DNA of 64,000 nucleotides from assembly GCA_015486615.1 (NCBI GenBank), contig WFRI01000090.1:1608-65607 (forward strand). The letters run 5' to 3'. The position numbers and the translations under genes are program-made. Each line of letters begins with the position of its first letter. Position 1 is the first letter of the stretch. The notes beneath the pieces were generated by a model. It had not been told where the DNA came from. It worked only from the letters and a program-made list of their open reading frames with translations, and ran no database searches. This stretch comes from Candidatus Omnitrophota bacterium (GTDB lineage: Bacteria; Omnitrophota; Gorgyraeia; Duberdicusellales; Duberdicusellaceae). This document shows, one piece after another, positions 61,444 to 64,000 of the stretch.

Positions 61444-61512
61444 AAAAAACGTTGGCACGTTTTTGGATACCTCAGGGGTGGAAGGTTTAAATCAAAATGT
61501 AAAATGAAAAAA
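61444..61512 (+). repeat. Dispersed palindromic element, copy 4
   Basis: AAAAACGT-TGGC-ACGTTTTT GGATACCTCAGGGGTGGAA..AAATCAAAATGTAAAATG. Confidence 0.8.
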
Positions 61513-61556
61513 TTTAAGTTTAGATTAGTTTTATTGGTTGGATTGTTTTTTTAACT

Positions 61557-61598
61557 TACGACATTCGACATTCGACGTTGGACATTGGACCTTCGACA
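61557..61598 (+). repeat. Six tandem heptamers
   Basis: TACGACA TTCGACA TTCGACG TTGGACA TTGGACC TTCGACA. Confidence 0.9.
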
Positions 61599-61663
61599 TA
61601 GTAATTGTTAGGCGGAAAAGTAGATCAATTGCGAACAAAATAGAAATATGGTATTCTTTATAA

Positions 61664-61762
61664 ATGAAAGTAAGAGATACCATTAAAATGCTTACAACTG
61701 AGAGGAAAAAAATGGTCTTGACAAACTTGGCTATCTTACCTTTCTGGTGGAAAAATATCTAA
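61664..61762 (+). pseudogene. Possible HicA-toxin N-terminal remnant
   Basis: MKVRDTIKML resembles HicA starts; 32 codons; TTGCGA-17-TATTCT ends 6 nt upstream. Confidence 0.4.
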
Positions 61763-61804
61763 ACCTAAATTAAGTCTTCCAACTCATAACTAACAAGAAA
61801 CAGA

Positions 61805-61860
61805 TTGACAAACTGAGTAAGTATGTTAATATCGTTTCAGGAGGTAGACAATAATGTCTA
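61805..61860 (+). promoter_or_regulatory. abiE promoter and operator-like palindrome
   Basis: TTGACA-16-TAATAT; TAGACA-ATAA-TGTCTA at 61845-61860. Confidence 0.65.
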
Positions 61861-61869
61861 TTAAGTGGA

Positions 61870-62478
61870 ATGGAGTTTAATAACCTTTTGCAGGTCCTGC
61901 AAAAAAACAGGTTTTATCTTTTTTCCCTGGACGAACTCAGGGTTTTTTATCCTAATGAATCAAGTGCCAACCTGAAGAAGGAATTGTATCGCTGGAGAAG
62001 CAAAGGCTTGATTGTGCGCCTGAAAAAAGGGCTTTACGAACTGGCATTTCCTCAGGATATGGCTATTCCTGATATGGTAATTGCCAATAAACTTTATGAG
62101 CCTTCTTATGTTTCGCTTGAGACGGCGTTGTCTTATTACAGTATAATTCCTGAAGTTGCTATGGCGGTTACTTCAATTACCACTAAGCCCACGCGGCGAT
62201 TTAAAAATAAACATGGATTATTCCTTTATCATACGGTAAAATATGCCTCCTTTACGGGGTATTACTTAGAAAAGATGAGCGGTTTTGAAGTAATGCTGGC
62301 TGAGCCAGAGAAAGCAGCAGCAGATTATCTTTATTTTAAGGAGCGGCGCGGTGAAAATGTTGATTTTGAAGCAGAGCGTTTTGATAAAAAGATAATTTCT
62401 AAAATGAATAAAAAGAAATTAGAAAAATATGCCAGGGGATTTAAGTTAAACTTAGAAAGTTTCTATGCTTACTTATGA
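61870..62478 (+). CDS. Type IV TA antitoxin, AbiEi family
   Basis: RLKKGLY wHTH, PSYVSLETALSYY.IIPE, AEPEKA..D. Confidence 0.9.
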   Translation: MEFNNLLQVLQKNRFYLFSLDELRVFYPNESSANLKKELYRWRSKGLIVRLKKGLYELAFPQDMAIPDMVIANKLYEPSYVSLETALSYYSIIPEVAMAVTSITTKPTRRFKNKHGLFLYHTVKYASFTGYYLEKMSGFEVMLAEPEKAAADYLYFKERRGENVDFEAERFDKKIISKMNKKKLEKYARGFKLNLESFYAYL

Positions 62479-63277
62479 GGCGCTTTTAGCAGAGGCGAAA
62501 GCCCGGCAGATGCCGGTTTCAAAAATGCGGGGGATTCTGCGGGAATACCTGCAAACGATTATTCTTAAAGCCTTGTATAAAACTGAAGCCGGCAGGAAGC
62601 TTTATTTTACCGGCGGGACATATTTGCGGTTTGTGCATAGGACAAAAAGGTTTTCTGAAGATTTGGATTTTAATACCGATTCTTTGACAAAAACAGATTT
62701 CGAAACAACGGTGCGGACGGCGGCAAGGGAACTTAAAAGAATAAATCTAAACTGTGTTGTGGATTTCAGGTATTTTAAGAGAATATATGCTGCGGATATA
62801 ATATTTCCCGATATTGAGAAGTTATACGGCGTTGTTTCTGAGCATACGAAGAAATCAGGATTACTAATCAAGGTAGAAACCAACATACCGCGCTGGAAGA
62901 TTATTGCAGAAACCCGGGTAATTTCCGGCTTTGGCGAATTATACCCCTGCTTTTGCACTCAAATAGGCGCTCTTTTTGCTGATAAAATCGAGGCGTTAAT
63001 TAAGAAAACAAGGGCAAGGCATCTTTATGACATTATATTTATGCTTTCACAAGGGTATCTCATTGATAAGAATGCCCTGCGGGTTTTAGGGATTAAGGAG
63101 GAGCCTTTAGAGGCAATCAGAAAAAGGGTTGAAAGTTTTAGCCCGGCCGAGCTTATTAAACAGGCAGAAATCTTAAGGCCGTTTTTATTTGAGGAATCCG
63201 ATGCGGATATGATTACTAACGCTCGCCGGCTAATCCCCGCATTAATTGAAGGGTATAAGAGGAAACTTGACAACTAA
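62465..63277 (+). CDS. AbiEii/AbiGii nucleotidyltransferase toxin
   Basis: REYLQ, F.GGT.LR, RFSEDLDF, KVE, K..A....R.R..YD. Confidence 0.92.
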   Translation: MLTYEALLAEAKARQMPVSKMRGILREYLQTIILKALYKTEAGRKLYFTGGTYLRFVHRTKRFSEDLDFNTDSLTKTDFETTVRTAARELKRINLNCVVDFRYFKRIYAADIIFPDIEKLYGVVSEHTKKSGLLIKVETNIPRWKIIAETRVISGFGELYPCFCTQIGALFADKIEALIKKTRARHLYDIIFMLSQGYLIDKNALRVLGIKEEPLEAIRKRVESFSPAELIKQAEILRPFLFEESDADMITNARRLIPALIEGYKRKLDN

Positions 63278-63311
63278 GGTTGAACCTTAAGTGTAAAGTT
63301 AGGTAGGAGGG

Positions 63312-64000
63312 ATGAAGAAAGAGATATTTTCATACCGAAGAAAAATTATTCAGGCAGGAGAGATTTATCATATTACCCAGCGTGCCCCGGGCAAAGAAAT
63401 AATCTTTGTTGAAGATGCAGATTATTTAAATATGCTCTCTCTTTTGAAAGAATGGGTAAAAGAATTTGATATAGAAATTTTTTCCTTATGTCTTATGCCC
63501 AACCACTATCATCTTCTTCTAAGGATAAATAAACCAAATTTATCTCAAGCAATGCAATCTTTAAATACTACTTATGCTATGAGGTTTAATACAAAATATA
63601 AAAGGAAGGGACATGTTTTTTGCGGAGTTTATAGGGCTTCTATGTGTTTAGACGATCTCCATTTCTTAGGCAGTTCCCTTTACATTCATCTTAACCCTCA
63701 AAAGGCACATCTGGTAGAAAAGGCAGAGGATTATCGGTGGTCGTCAATAAATGTGTTTATTCATTCCGAGACAAAAAGTTTTGTGAATAAAGAATTTATT
63801 TTGCAAATGGTCAACGAAGATTTAGAAAAGGCTTCTTCTCTTTATAAAGAGATGCTGGAGAATTATTCCAAGATAAAGTATGATAGCATATTAGAAAATT
63901 CAAAAGCAGTAGTAGGTTTTTGTAAACAGATATTTAGAAATTTGCCAAAGTTTCTTTCAAAGAGATTGATTAATAAGGATTTTATTTCTAAAGAAGTGCA
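63312..64000 (+). mobile_element. HUH Y1 transposase, RAYT/TnpA(REP)-like; runs off window
   Basis: Manual translation: IYHITQR, CLMPNHYHLL, FN.KY.R.GHVF, YIHLNP, DYRWSS. Confidence 0.88.

Noticed and set aside
61546-61552. Phase-variable poly-T tract
   Set aside because: Adding one T extends the stub by only about 16 codons; no downstream gene is restored
61557-61598. CRISPR array
   Set aside because: 7-bp tandem units without spacers; no cas genes and no repeat-spacer array seen in the window

Overview
This 64 kb bacterial window spans the replication origin. All supportable genes left of ~25 kb are on the minus strand and all to the right are on the plus strand. Left arm: 2-oxoacid:ferredoxin oxidoreductase (partial), dxs, ymdB-like, rny, folate genes, rarA, a 6S RNA, pheST, a Trk K+ cassette with an unannotated 32-aa membrane peptide, rplT-rpmI-infC-thrS, an orphan tadA, tRNA-Val and tRNA-Leu, rpoZ-gmk-remA-yicC-ndk, parAB with two variant parS sites, and yidC-yidD-rpmH without rnpA. 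Right arm: dnaA-dnaN-dciA-gyrBA, glmS, rsmI, and an HTH/transposase-like unknown followed by 12 class III signal-peptide (Flp/Tad pilin-like) genes plus tadBC. These are followed by ion transporters, an RRM protein, a SufC/SufB-like pair, a betaPGM-OtsB fusion with GH65, an AbiE toxin-antitoxin pair and a partial RAYT-type transposase. Gene style and the Tad expansion suggest Omnitrophota, but this is inference and was not tested. The most unusual signals are the pilin array and its upstream gene, a covarying dispersed palindrome family, CATATG-core parS sites, recurrent 16-bp-spacer and near-leaderless promoters, and the local absence of rnpA.
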